Shown: one piece after another, positions 18,547 through 26,342 of the stretch
How the letters are laid out: every line of letters begins with the position of its first letter
Numbering within the stretch: the stretch's first letter is position 1
NCBI GenBank assembly: GCA_001552015.1
Contig: CP010514.1
Location: 330,001-362,000 of the forward strand
From: Candidatus Nanopusillus acidilobi
Lineage (GTDB): Archaea; Nanobdellota; Nanobdellia; Nanobdellales; Nanobdellaceae
DNA length: 32,000 nucleotides
Direction: 5' to 3'
Notes under the pieces: model-generated
What the model saw: only the letters and a program-made list of their open reading frames with translations
Told to the model about the DNA's origin: nothing
The model's database searches: none
Translations under genes and position numbers: made by a program

Positions 18547-19104
18547 TTAATATTCTCTATTATTTAATATACTTTTAATTTTTTCTTTAATTTTATTAAA
18601 TATTTCTTCAGAATAAAATTTCTTATATTCTTTTAATAAATTTATTAATTCTTGATCAATATCAATTATTTTATCATCTATTAAATATTGTATAAACTGT
18701 GTTAAATTTGAAGGATTGTTTTTTAATCTTGCCCTTTCCCAATCTATTAAATAAATTTTATCATCTTTAATAATTATATGTTCATAAGGTCTTCTCATTT
18801 CTTCTTTTTCAATTTTTAATTTATCTAATAAAAACAAAATATCTAAAATATTATCTAAATATTTTTTCTTTTCTTCTAAATCTAAATCTTCAAATTTCTT
18901 ACCATCAATATATTCCATTTCTATTTCCAAATTTTTATCATTATGAGAAATAATTCTTGGAACAAAACCATAATTACTTAAAAGATTTAAAAAATATTTT
19001 TCTTTTTCATAGTTTTTATATAATTTACCCTTAAATTTTTTTATTATTGTACCATTTTCTGTTAAAAAAATTTCAGAATGCCAACCTTCATCAATCTTTT
19101 TCAT
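18547..19104 (-). CDS. Small atypical protein-kinase-fold protein (Bud32/RIO-like superfamily, divergent catalytic loop)
   Basis: 185 aa. Glycine-loop-like GWHSEIF, Lys in IIKKF, hinge MEYIDG and metal-binding-like IYLIDWERA. The canonical HxD catalytic loop is replaced by EEMRRPYEHIII. ATGA overlap with thrS. Confidence 0.45.
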   Translation of the reverse strand: MKKIDEGWHSEIFLTENGTIIKKFKGKLYKNYEKEKYFLNLLSNYGFVPRIISHNDKNLEIEMEYIDGKKFEDLDLEEKKKYLDNILDILFLLDKLKIEKEEMRRPYEHIIIKDDKIYLIDWERARLKNNPSNLTQFIQYLIDDKIIDIDQELINLLKEYKKFYSEEIFNKIKEKIKSILNNREY

Positions 19105-20471
19105 TCAAATATAAAGTTAAAATCTTCAAATAATCTATATTTCTTATTATTTAATTCTTCTAATGGTTTTTCAAATTCCTCAATCAAATTATATAATTCT
19201 TCTTCTCTTATTTTCTTTTCTTCCATATTTTTACTATTTATATTATAATATCTTATTGAATATATATTATCATTTACCTCTTTTTCTCCAATATATATTA
19301 TAATATATGGTTTATATGTTGATTCTAATATTCTTGTCATATTACTCAATTGTGTTTTTGTAGTTTCAATATTTACAACCCTAATTTCTTTATTTTTCAA
19401 ATTATTATAGATTCTCATTGCATATTCTTTTATTTTATTATCTTTTTCTTTATCTCCAGTAAATATATCTAATATTGCAACCTGAATTGGTGTTAATACA
19501 AATGGTAATTTTCCTTTAAATGATTCTAAATATGCACCAATGAATCTTTCTATAGATCCTAAATATGCTCTATGAATTATATATAAATTATCTATTCCGA
19601 AATAATCTTTTACTAATTCAATAAGTTTAAAGTTCCTTGGCAAATTAAAATCTAATTGCATAGTACCCAATTGCCATTCTTTTTCCCCAATTTTCAATGT
19701 AAAATCATATTTAGGACCATAAAATGCAGCTTCTCCAACCCCTTCATAAATAGAGAAATTATATTTGCTTGATAATTTATTTATTACATTTCTCATTACA
19801 TCTTCGACATATTCCCAATCTTCTTTAGAACCAGAATATTCATTCATTTTATTTGGATCGTGTAAACTTAATCTTACCTTAAATTCTGATGACCTTAAAT
19901 TTATATTAAATACTTTTTCATATAATAAAATCATTTCATCCATTAATTTTTCAATCTCCTTTTCCAATAAATCTGGAGTAATAAATACATGAGAATCATC
20001 TTGTGTAAAAGATCTCACCCTTAATAATCCATAAACACTTCCAGAAGGTTCATATCTATGTACAGTACCCAATTCAAATATTCTAAATGGTAATTTTATT
20101 TTTCTATATTTTTCTAATAAATTAATGAAAATTAATATATGGTGTGGACAATTCATTGGTTTAATTGCAAATTCTTCATTTTCTATATTAAATATATACA
20201 TATTTTGTTTATAATATGAAAGATGACCTGAAATTTGATATAATAATGTATTTGTAATAAGTGGCGTTCTTACCAAGTAGTATCCCCTTTTAACATGAAA
20301 ATCTGTCAATATTTGGGATAATATATAATATGTTAATCCACCTCCTAAGGAAAATAATTGTAAACCCTTTCCCAGTAGATCACCAAAATTCCTATTTAAC
20401 TTTTCTACCCTCCTGTCATGTTTTACTAATATATCCATCTCATCTCCAATATCTATATGATCTTTTTCCAT
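19101..20471 (-). CDS. thrS: Threonyl-tRNA synthetase, catalytic plus anticodon-binding domains only (ThrRS-cat type, no editing domain)
   Basis: 456 aa. Class II motif 2 region RIFELGTVHRYEPSGSVYGLLRVRSFTQDDSHVF, then HRAYLGSIERFIGAYLE. The ORF begins right at the catalytic core (DHIDIGDEMDIL). Confidence 0.9.
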   Translation of the reverse strand: MEKDHIDIGDEMDILVKHDRRVEKLNRNFGDLLGKGLQLFSLGGGLTYYILSQILTDFHVKRGYYLVRTPLITNTLLYQISGHLSYYKQNMYIFNIENEEFAIKPMNCPHHILIFINLLEKYRKIKLPFRIFELGTVHRYEPSGSVYGLLRVRSFTQDDSHVFITPDLLEKEIEKLMDEMILLYEKVFNINLRSSEFKVRLSLHDPNKMNEYSGSKEDWEYVEDVMRNVINKLSSKYNFSIYEGVGEAAFYGPKYDFTLKIGEKEWQLGTMQLDFNLPRNFKLIELVKDYFGIDNLYIIHRAYLGSIERFIGAYLESFKGKLPFVLTPIQVAILDIFTGDKEKDNKIKEYAMRIYNNLKNKEIRVVNIETTKTQLSNMTRILESTYKPYIIIYIGEKEVNDNIYSIRYYNINSKNMEEKKIREEELYNLIEEFEKPLEELNNKKYRLFEDFNFIFE

Positions 20472-20494
20472 TAAAGAAAATGTGATTAAAAGTT

Positions 20495-20965
20495 TTATAA
20501 AAATAATTCATTTATTTCATAATAAACTATATCATTTTCTATATCAATTATTGCCAATAAAATTTTATTTAAATTCTTTGAATCCATGAAATTTAAAATA
20601 TCTTTAATGTATAGAAATTCATTTTCATATATTGGATAAACATAATATAATATCTTTTCTTTTTTATAATCTGTATATAAAATAATTGAGTCATTTTCTG
20701 TATCTAGATAATGTCCTTTATTTCTTAAATCTTCAAATACATAAAATTTCTTCATATTTAATATATTTTTATATTTTTTAATAAAATCTAAAAAATTATT
20801 TATTCCTTCTAATTTTATCCATCCTTTTTTTATACAATATAAAGCCTCTTCAGGTTCTAAAATAATGTAATCTTTATCCATCTTTCCAATTCTTCCTATT
20901 TTATCATAAAACTCTTTATTTAAAATAAATTTATTATTAAATTCTCTAACTAAAATTTTTTCCAT
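20495..20965 (-). CDS. tRNA splicing endonuclease, structural (beta) subunit
   Basis: 156 aa. EndA-like YVFEDLRNKGHYL and C-terminal ILLAIIDIENDIVYYEI, but no catalytic His/Lys pattern. Overlaps the alpha subunit gene by 16 nt. Confidence 0.65.
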   Translation of the reverse strand: MEKILVREFNNKFILNKEFYDKIGRIGKMDKDYIILEPEEALYCIKKGWIKLEGINNFLDFIKKYKNILNMKKFYVFEDLRNKGHYLDTENDSIILYTDYKKEKILYYVYPIYENEFLYIKDILNFMDSKNLNKILLAIIDIENDIVYYEINELFL

Positions 20966-21378
20966 CTTATTTCTAGAAATCTATAATTATTATTATCCTT
21001 TACACAATATAAAATTCTTTTTCTAGTGCTATGTGCAACTCTATTTTTTGCTAAAAAATCATATATATCTATTTTTTCATTAATATTTATTGGAATAGCA
21101 ACCCATTTTGAATGTTGCTTAATATCTTCATATATTCTAAATATACCACCAAATTTTAATCCTGTACCTAAATAATAACCTCTCTCTCTAAAATATTTAT
21201 ATATATCATAATATAACTTAATTTTTTCATCTTTTAAAAAATAATTTATATCTAATTTATTATTTTTCTCATCATAAACTTCAATTTCATTTTTTTCTAA
21301 TAAATATAAAACTTCATAGAAATATAAAATCTTATCTTCTGATAAAAATACATTATCTTTATATAATACTCTTTTCAT
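20950..21378 (-). CDS. endA: tRNA splicing endonuclease, catalytic (alpha) subunit
   Basis: 142 aa. YKYFRERGYYLGTGLKFGGIFRIYEDIKQHSKWVAIPI...RVAHSTRKR contains the Tyr/His/Lys catalytic pattern of EndA. Confidence 0.8.
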   Translation of the reverse strand: MKRVLYKDNVFLSEDKILYFYEVLYLLEKNEIEVYDEKNNKLDINYFLKDEKIKLYYDIYKYFRERGYYLGTGLKFGGIFRIYEDIKQHSKWVAIPININEKIDIYDFLAKNRVAHSTRKRILYCVKDNNNYRFLEIRWKKF

Positions 21379-21410
21379 CTAAATCTTAAATTATAAAAAA
21401 TACATAAAAA

Positions 21411-21482
21411 TGCCGCCGGTGGGACTTGAACCCACGACCTGTGGATTACAAGTCCACCGCTCTACCACTGAGCTACGGCGGC
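21411..21482 (-). tRNA. tRNA-Thr (anticodon UGU)
   Basis: Folded by hand: GCCGCCG TA GCTC AGTGGTA GAGC G GTGGA CTTGTAA TCCAC AGGTC GTGGG TTCAAGT CCCAC CGGCGGC A. Length 72 nt, no intron, no CCA. Confidence 0.9.
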
Positions 21483-21501
21483 GATAAAATATAATATAAT
21501 C

Positions 21502-21508
21502 AAAAAAA
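21502..21508 (-). terminator. Possible oligo-T terminator after the archaellin gene
   Basis: A T7 run on the minus strand lies 11 nt past the archaellin stop. Archaeal RNA polymerase terminates at oligo-T, but such runs are common in this AT-rich DNA. Confidence 0.3.
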
Positions 21509-21518
21509 GTTAAAATCT

Positions 21519-22370
21519 TTAGCTTCCCCCTAGAGAAACCACTGATTGAGATAGAACAGCTGGTATAGCCCCACCATATTGCGATGTATATCCATTTACT
21601 GGTGTTATTTGTATATTATAATTTTCATTTACTGATAATCCACTAGGTAGATAATACATTATCTCATATAATTCTCCAGTTGTTAAATATACATTTTCCT
21701 GACTTATAGATAATCCAATTATTGCATATGGATTTTGAATTCCAGCTTCATTCATTGATTGCAATATTTGGAATACTTGATTTATACTTAATGGATATCC
21801 AATTATTGAAGAATTTAATCCTATTGTACATGAAACTAAAGTTCCATTTACATATGTAAAGTTTGTATATATATACTGATTTGTGAAATTATTTAATGCA
21901 GAACATACCTGTGAATCATTTATTGTTACATTTTGTACATTTACTTGGTTATCAAACATAAATCCTGTTATTATAAAGCTTCCTCCTTGTAATACACCAT
22001 ATATTGCTGTAGGTTCATATTGGGAAGGTGCATATGAATATACATCTCCATTGCTATCTGTAATTAAAGTACTTACATATTCAAAATTAATTGGATTAGA
22101 ACCTGGCATTAATGATACAACAGGTCCTAAGGCGGTTATTTTTTGTAAATAATTATTTAGTTGACCACTTGATGGATCATATTGATATCCAAATACTTGT
22201 GTAATTTGCATACCTGTTGTTATTCTTTGTTCAGCTTGCGCACCTGTTTGTAATGCTTTTGATTGTAAAGAACTTGCTGTATATATTATTACACCAGCTG
22301 CTACTGCTGCCGTTACTATTATTGCTATTAATATAATTAATGTTGACAAACCAAACTGTGCCCTTACCAT
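21519..22370 (-). CDS. arlB: Archaellin (archaeal flagellin, FlaB/ArlB family)
   Basis: 283 aa. The N-terminus MVRAQFGLSTLIILIAIIVTAAVAAGVIIYTASSLQSKALQTGAQAEQRITTGMQITQVFG is the canonical archaellin class-III signal plus hydrophobic helix. Confidence 0.85.
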   Translation of the reverse strand: MVRAQFGLSTLIILIAIIVTAAVAAGVIIYTASSLQSKALQTGAQAEQRITTGMQITQVFGYQYDPSSGQLNNYLQKITALGPVVSLMPGSNPINFEYVSTLITDSNGDVYSYAPSQYEPTAIYGVLQGGSFIITGFMFDNQVNVQNVTINDSQVCSALNNFTNQYIYTNFTYVNGTLVSCTIGLNSSIIGYPLSINQVFQILQSMNEAGIQNPYAIIGLSISQENVYLTTGELYEIMYYLPSGLSVNENYNIQITPVNGYTSQYGGAIPAVLSQSVVSLGGS

Positions 22371-22418
22371 AATGAATTAAAAGATTTTAAACATTATAAA
22401 TTTTTACCTAAAAGGTAG

Positions 22419-23528
22419 TTATTTATTTAATAAAGCAATTGTTTCCATATGATATGTATGGGGAAATTGATCAACCAAAATTATGTTTTCCAATTTATAA
22501 TTTCCTTTATTTATTAGAATATCGATATCCCTCTTTTGTGTTTCTGGATAACAAGAAACATAAATAATTTTCTTTGCATTAGATTGTAATATTTTTCTTA
22601 TTACTTTTTTATGTAATCCAGGTCTTGGTGGATCTACAATTATTTTATCTGCATTTATTTTTTCTAAATCTTCTACATTAGATAATAAAAATTTCACACT
22701 TTTTACATTATTTATTTCTTTATTCAAATTAAACATTTCAAAATTTTCCTTATTATTATCTACAGCATATACATAATTAGAATATTTTCCAATTTCTATT
22801 GCATAAAAACCAGAACCAGAATATAAATCATAAATTATATCATTTTCTTTTGGATCTGTAAATTCTCTTACATATTTTAATAATATCTCTGCAGTATAAC
22901 TATTTGGTTGATAAAAACTATTTGGTGAAATATAATAAAAATTATCTAAAGCTTTTTCTTTAATATATTTTTCTCCAGATAATAAATAATTTATATTTCC
23001 ATATGAAACATCCGAAATTGTATCATTTATTGACCAATAAAATGAATTAATATAATTTTTAATCTCATTATAAAATTCTAAAAATATATTTTTATAATAT
23101 TCTAAATTATCTGTTTTATAAGTTATTATATTTATCATTCTATCATTTGTAAATTTTCCTTCTCTTATTACAATATATCTAATAAAACCTGTATAATTTT
23201 TTGTATCCCATGGTTTTAAATTTTTATTTATTATAAATTCCCTAAACTTATTTCTTATTATATTTGATTCTGGGGATTGTAAAAAACATTCATCGATATT
23301 TACATATGAATACCATTTTCCATATTCCTTTAACCCTACTTCATAATTGGGACCAACAGCATAATCCATTCTATTTCTATAATAAATTATTTTTGGTGAT
23401 TTTATAACTTCATCAGGTTCTCTTTTAAATATATCAATAAATTTCTTTATTTTATATTCTATTTGTTCATTATATGATAAATTTTGAATTTGACAACCAC
23501 CACATTTTGGAAAATGCTTACATAGCAT
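22419..23528 (-). CDS. RumA/TrmA-family RNA (uracil-C5)-methyltransferase, no TRAM domain
   Basis: 369 aa. N-terminal C-x5-C-x2-C (CKHFPKCGGC) plus a later Cys (IDECF) suggest a 4Fe-4S site. SAM-binding DLYSGSGFYA, nucleophile motif YVSCYPETQKRD and a DPPRPG motif. Confidence 0.8.
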   Translation of the reverse strand: MLCKHFPKCGGCQIQNLSYNEQIEYKIKKFIDIFKREPDEVIKSPKIIYYRNRMDYAVGPNYEVGLKEYGKWYSYVNIDECFLQSPESNIIRNKFREFIINKNLKPWDTKNYTGFIRYIVIREGKFTNDRMINIITYKTDNLEYYKNIFLEFYNEIKNYINSFYWSINDTISDVSYGNINYLLSGEKYIKEKALDNFYYISPNSFYQPNSYTAEILLKYVREFTDPKENDIIYDLYSGSGFYAIEIGKYSNYVYAVDNNKENFEMFNLNKEINNVKSVKFLLSNVEDLEKINADKIIVDPPRPGLHKKVIRKILQSNAKKIIYVSCYPETQKRDIDILINKGNYKLENIILVDQFPHTYHMETIALLNK

Positions 23529-23566
23529 TAAGAATATTTAAAAATAAAATTTTAAAGATCAAAAAT

Positions 23567-24184
23567 CTATTGATATGCTTGATAGCCTAAAGAACTACAT
23601 GATGAATAACCTGTATTTGGATTTACAGAACATTGCATTATATCATAATATTGAGTTGGTGGGATTACTACTCTAAATCCCATTTGTAAATTACTTACAG
23701 AATAATTTATTGTTGCATTTAAACATGGTCCTCCAATAATTGTTAAATTAACATTTGCTACCGATTGTGCTGGTATTGCTTGTCCATAACTTAATGTTTC
23801 ATTATATGTTGCATCATATACAGATTCTGCTATACCAATATTTGCAGCATCAGCTACACTTTCAAATACTGGAGTTGTACATATTACATCACCATTTGGA
23901 GTTGTAAAGTCAATAAACCATCCATTTAATGGTATATCTGTTGGTCCTAAATTATATAATGTAAATGTAACTGTTGCTACACTTCCATATTCAGAATATT
24001 CAACATCATGAATTGTAAATTGTGGTACTGCAGATTGTTGTTGATTTAATTGCAATTTTGTAATTGAATATCCAGCACTTTTTAAATAAACATCAACAAG
24101 GATATATGTACTTATTGCAGCTAATGCAACCAAAAATATAAACAAAAAAATTGATTGAAAGGCTTGTCCTTTCATTTTAGCCAT
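23567..24184 (-). CDS. Archaellum accessory (ArlF/ArlG-like) or minor pilin-like protein
   Basis: 205 aa. MAKMKGQAFQSIFLFIFLVALAAISTYIL is a class-III-like leader plus TM helix. It is followed by a beta-rich domain (VATVTFTLYNLGPTDIPLNGWFIDF) resembling FlaF/FlaG. An alternative start at Met4 (24175) would remove the 8-nt overlap. Confidence 0.45.
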   Translation of the reverse strand: MAKMKGQAFQSIFLFIFLVALAAISTYILVDVYLKSAGYSITKLQLNQQQSAVPQFTIHDVEYSEYGSVATVTFTLYNLGPTDIPLNGWFIDFTTPNGDVICTTPVFESVADAANIGIAESVYDATYNETLSYGQAIPAQSVANVNLTIIGGPCLNATINYSVSNLQMGFRVVIPPTQYYDIMQCSVNPNTGYSSCSSLGYQAYQ

Positions 24185-24770
24185 ATAATATTACTGTTGG
24201 ATATATCATTGCTGCCGGAGTTACACCTGATAGATCATATGGTTGTCCATTTGGTGGTATTACAGAGAATTCCCATGTTTGTGATGTTCCTAATGATACA
24301 TTAGCATATACTAATAGTGCTGCCAAATCATTTGGTCCCAATACTCCATTGTATAATAATCCTGAATTATCTACTGAATCATGTTGATCAATATAATAAT
24401 ATCCTGTATATCCTGTTACTAATGAAGAGTTTGCTACAGCTCCTCCATATGCAAATATTTCTCTACCAGCTGGAGAATAGAATATTACTGCTGTTTGATT
24501 GAATAATATTGGCTGTGATCCTGGTGCTAATCTTGTATATACTAAGAATTCTTGTACTGCTTGTGATGATGTATTAACATTTATACCTTCTACTCTTACA
24601 ATTTCTACAGTTGTACCAGATGTTTGTACTGTTTGTTGTGCTGCAGCTGCTGCATGTCCTTGTGCACTAGTTGTTGCTCCAATAATTACTAATGCTGCTA
24701 TTGCTGCTGTCAATGCTGCTGCTATAAATAATACCATTGCTGAAAAACCAGATCCTCCTTGACCTTTCAT
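24177..24770 (-). CDS. Short archaellin-family protein
   Basis: 197 aa. MKGQGGSGFSAMVLFIAAALTAAIAALVIIGATTSAQG...TVEIVRVEGINV...VYTRLAPGSQPILFNQTAVIFY follows the archaellin N-terminal helix and first beta-strands. Confidence 0.7.
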   Translation of the reverse strand: MKGQGGSGFSAMVLFIAAALTAAIAALVIIGATTSAQGHAAAAAQQTVQTSGTTVEIVRVEGINVNTSSQAVQEFLVYTRLAPGSQPILFNQTAVIFYSPAGREIFAYGGAVANSSLVTGYTGYYYIDQHDSVDNSGLLYNGVLGPNDLAALLVYANVSLGTSQTWEFSVIPPNGQPYDLSGVTPAAMIYPTVILYG

Positions 24771-24826
24771 ACCTTATTAAACACTCTTCCCATTTATAGG
24801 AATTTGTTAATCAATAATGATAACTT

Positions 24827-24901
24827 TGCCCCCGCCGGGATTTGAACCCGGGTCATAGGGACGAAAACCCTATATCCTAGACCAGACTAGACGACGGGGG
24901 C
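24827..24901 (-). tRNA. tRNA-Glu (anticodon UUC)
   Basis: Folded by hand: GCCCCCG TC GTCT AGTCTGGTCTA GGAT A TAGGG TTTTCGT CCCTA TGAC CCGGG TTCAAAT CCCGG CGGGGGC A. Length 75 nt, no CCA. Confidence 0.85.
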
Positions 24902-24926
24902 GTATTTATTTTACTTGTAAATAATA

Positions 24927-24934
24927 TTATAAAA
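24927..24934 (-). promoter_or_regulatory. Candidate TATA box for tRNA-Glu
   Basis: TTTTATAA lies at -33 to -26 relative to the mature tRNA 5' end. tRNA-Thr has TTTTAA at the same offset (-33 to -28, nt 21510-21515). Weak evidence, because TATA-like strings abound in this DNA. Confidence 0.3.
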
Positions 24935-24998
24935 GTTTTATTTAAATTTTATAACAATGTTATGAATTTAAAAATATAATATATAATTTATAGATAAT

Positions 24999-26342
24999 AT
25001 GCAAGAGATAACTATAAGGGGTCCTTTGAATGAGGAAAAAATCAAAAAAATATCTGAAATATTAAATGAACCAGATTGGATGACAGACATAAGATTAAAA
25101 GGATTAGATTATTTTAATAAATTAGATTTACCAAAATTTGGACCTGAAATAAAAAATATTGATTTTGATAATATGATATATTATAGAAGTATAACTAAAG
25201 AAAATAAACCAAAGAGGTGGGAAGATCTACCAGAAGATATAAGAAATAGAATAGAAAAATTGGGATTAAGAAAAGAATTTGAAAGAGAATTTTTATCTGG
25301 ATTATTATATCAACACGATTCTTCTTCAATATATAAGGAAATAAAGAAATATCTAGATCAAGAAGGTATTATTTTTATGCCCCTATCACAAGCAGTAAGA
25401 GATTATCCAGAAATTGTAAAAGAATATTTTGGAAAAGTTATCTCTTTTGGAGATAATAAATTCGCAGCATTAAATACAGCAGTTTGGAGTGGAGGTGTAT
25501 TTATTTATGTACCAGAAAATATTAAATTAGACTTCCCATTACAAGCATATTTTTGGATAGGAACAGAAAATCTTGGGCAATTTGAAAGAACTTTGATAAT
25601 AGCAGATAAAAATTCTAGAGTAACTTATATAGAAGGATGTACTGCTCCAATATATAATATATCTTCATTACATGCAGCAGTAGTAGAGGTTTTTGCAAAA
25701 GAAAATTCAGAAGTTACTTATGCTACAATACAAAACTGGTCTAGAAATATATATAACTTAGTAACAAAAAGAGCAAAGGTATATAAAAACGCTAAAATTA
25801 AATGGATATCTGCTGAATTTGGAAGTAAAGTAACAATGCTATATCCGGGATTAATTTTAGAAGAAAATTCTATAGGGGAAATTTATACAATATCAATTGC
25901 AAATGAAAATCAAATAATAGATACTGGTGGAAGAATATTGATAAATGGAAAAAATTCCAGAGGATATATTGTAACAAAATCCATATCAATAAATGGAAAG
26001 GCAGTAAATAGAATAGACATAAAAATATTTAGTAATTCTGAAAATTCAAAGATTATATCTAAATGCGACTCTTTAATAGAAGGAAATGGAATAGCAGAAT
26101 CTATACCAAGAATGGAAATTTACAATAATAAAAATTATTATAATCATGAAGCAAAAACTGAAAAAATAGATGATCAAAAAGTACTTTACTTACAAAGTTT
26201 AGGTATAGATAAAAAGAAAGCTAAAAGATTAATATATATGGGATTTGCAGACGATATTCTAAAAAACTTTCCACCCTCTTATCAAATGAGAATTAAAAAA
26301 CTTCTAGAAATAGAGTTAGAAGAAATTGGGGGATTTGGCTAA
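24999..26342 (+). CDS. sufB: Fe-S cluster assembly scaffold SufB
   Basis: 447 aa. RTLIIADKNSRVTYIEGCTAP...LHAAVVEV...TIQNWS...NLVTKRA...KCDSLIEG aligns with E. coli SufB from memory. No sufC or sufD adjacent in the window. Confidence 0.9.
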   Translation: MQEITIRGPLNEEKIKKISEILNEPDWMTDIRLKGLDYFNKLDLPKFGPEIKNIDFDNMIYYRSITKENKPKRWEDLPEDIRNRIEKLGLRKEFEREFLSGLLYQHDSSSIYKEIKKYLDQEGIIFMPLSQAVRDYPEIVKEYFGKVISFGDNKFAALNTAVWSGGVFIYVPENIKLDFPLQAYFWIGTENLGQFERTLIIADKNSRVTYIEGCTAPIYNISSLHAAVVEVFAKENSEVTYATIQNWSRNIYNLVTKRAKVYKNAKIKWISAEFGSKVTMLYPGLILEENSIGEIYTISIANENQIIDTGGRILINGKNSRGYIVTKSISINGKAVNRIDIKIFSNSENSKIISKCDSLIEGNGIAESIPRMEIYNNKNYYNHEAKTEKIDDQKVLYLQSLGIDKKKAKRLIYMGFADDILKNFPPSYQMRIKKLLEIELEEIGGFG

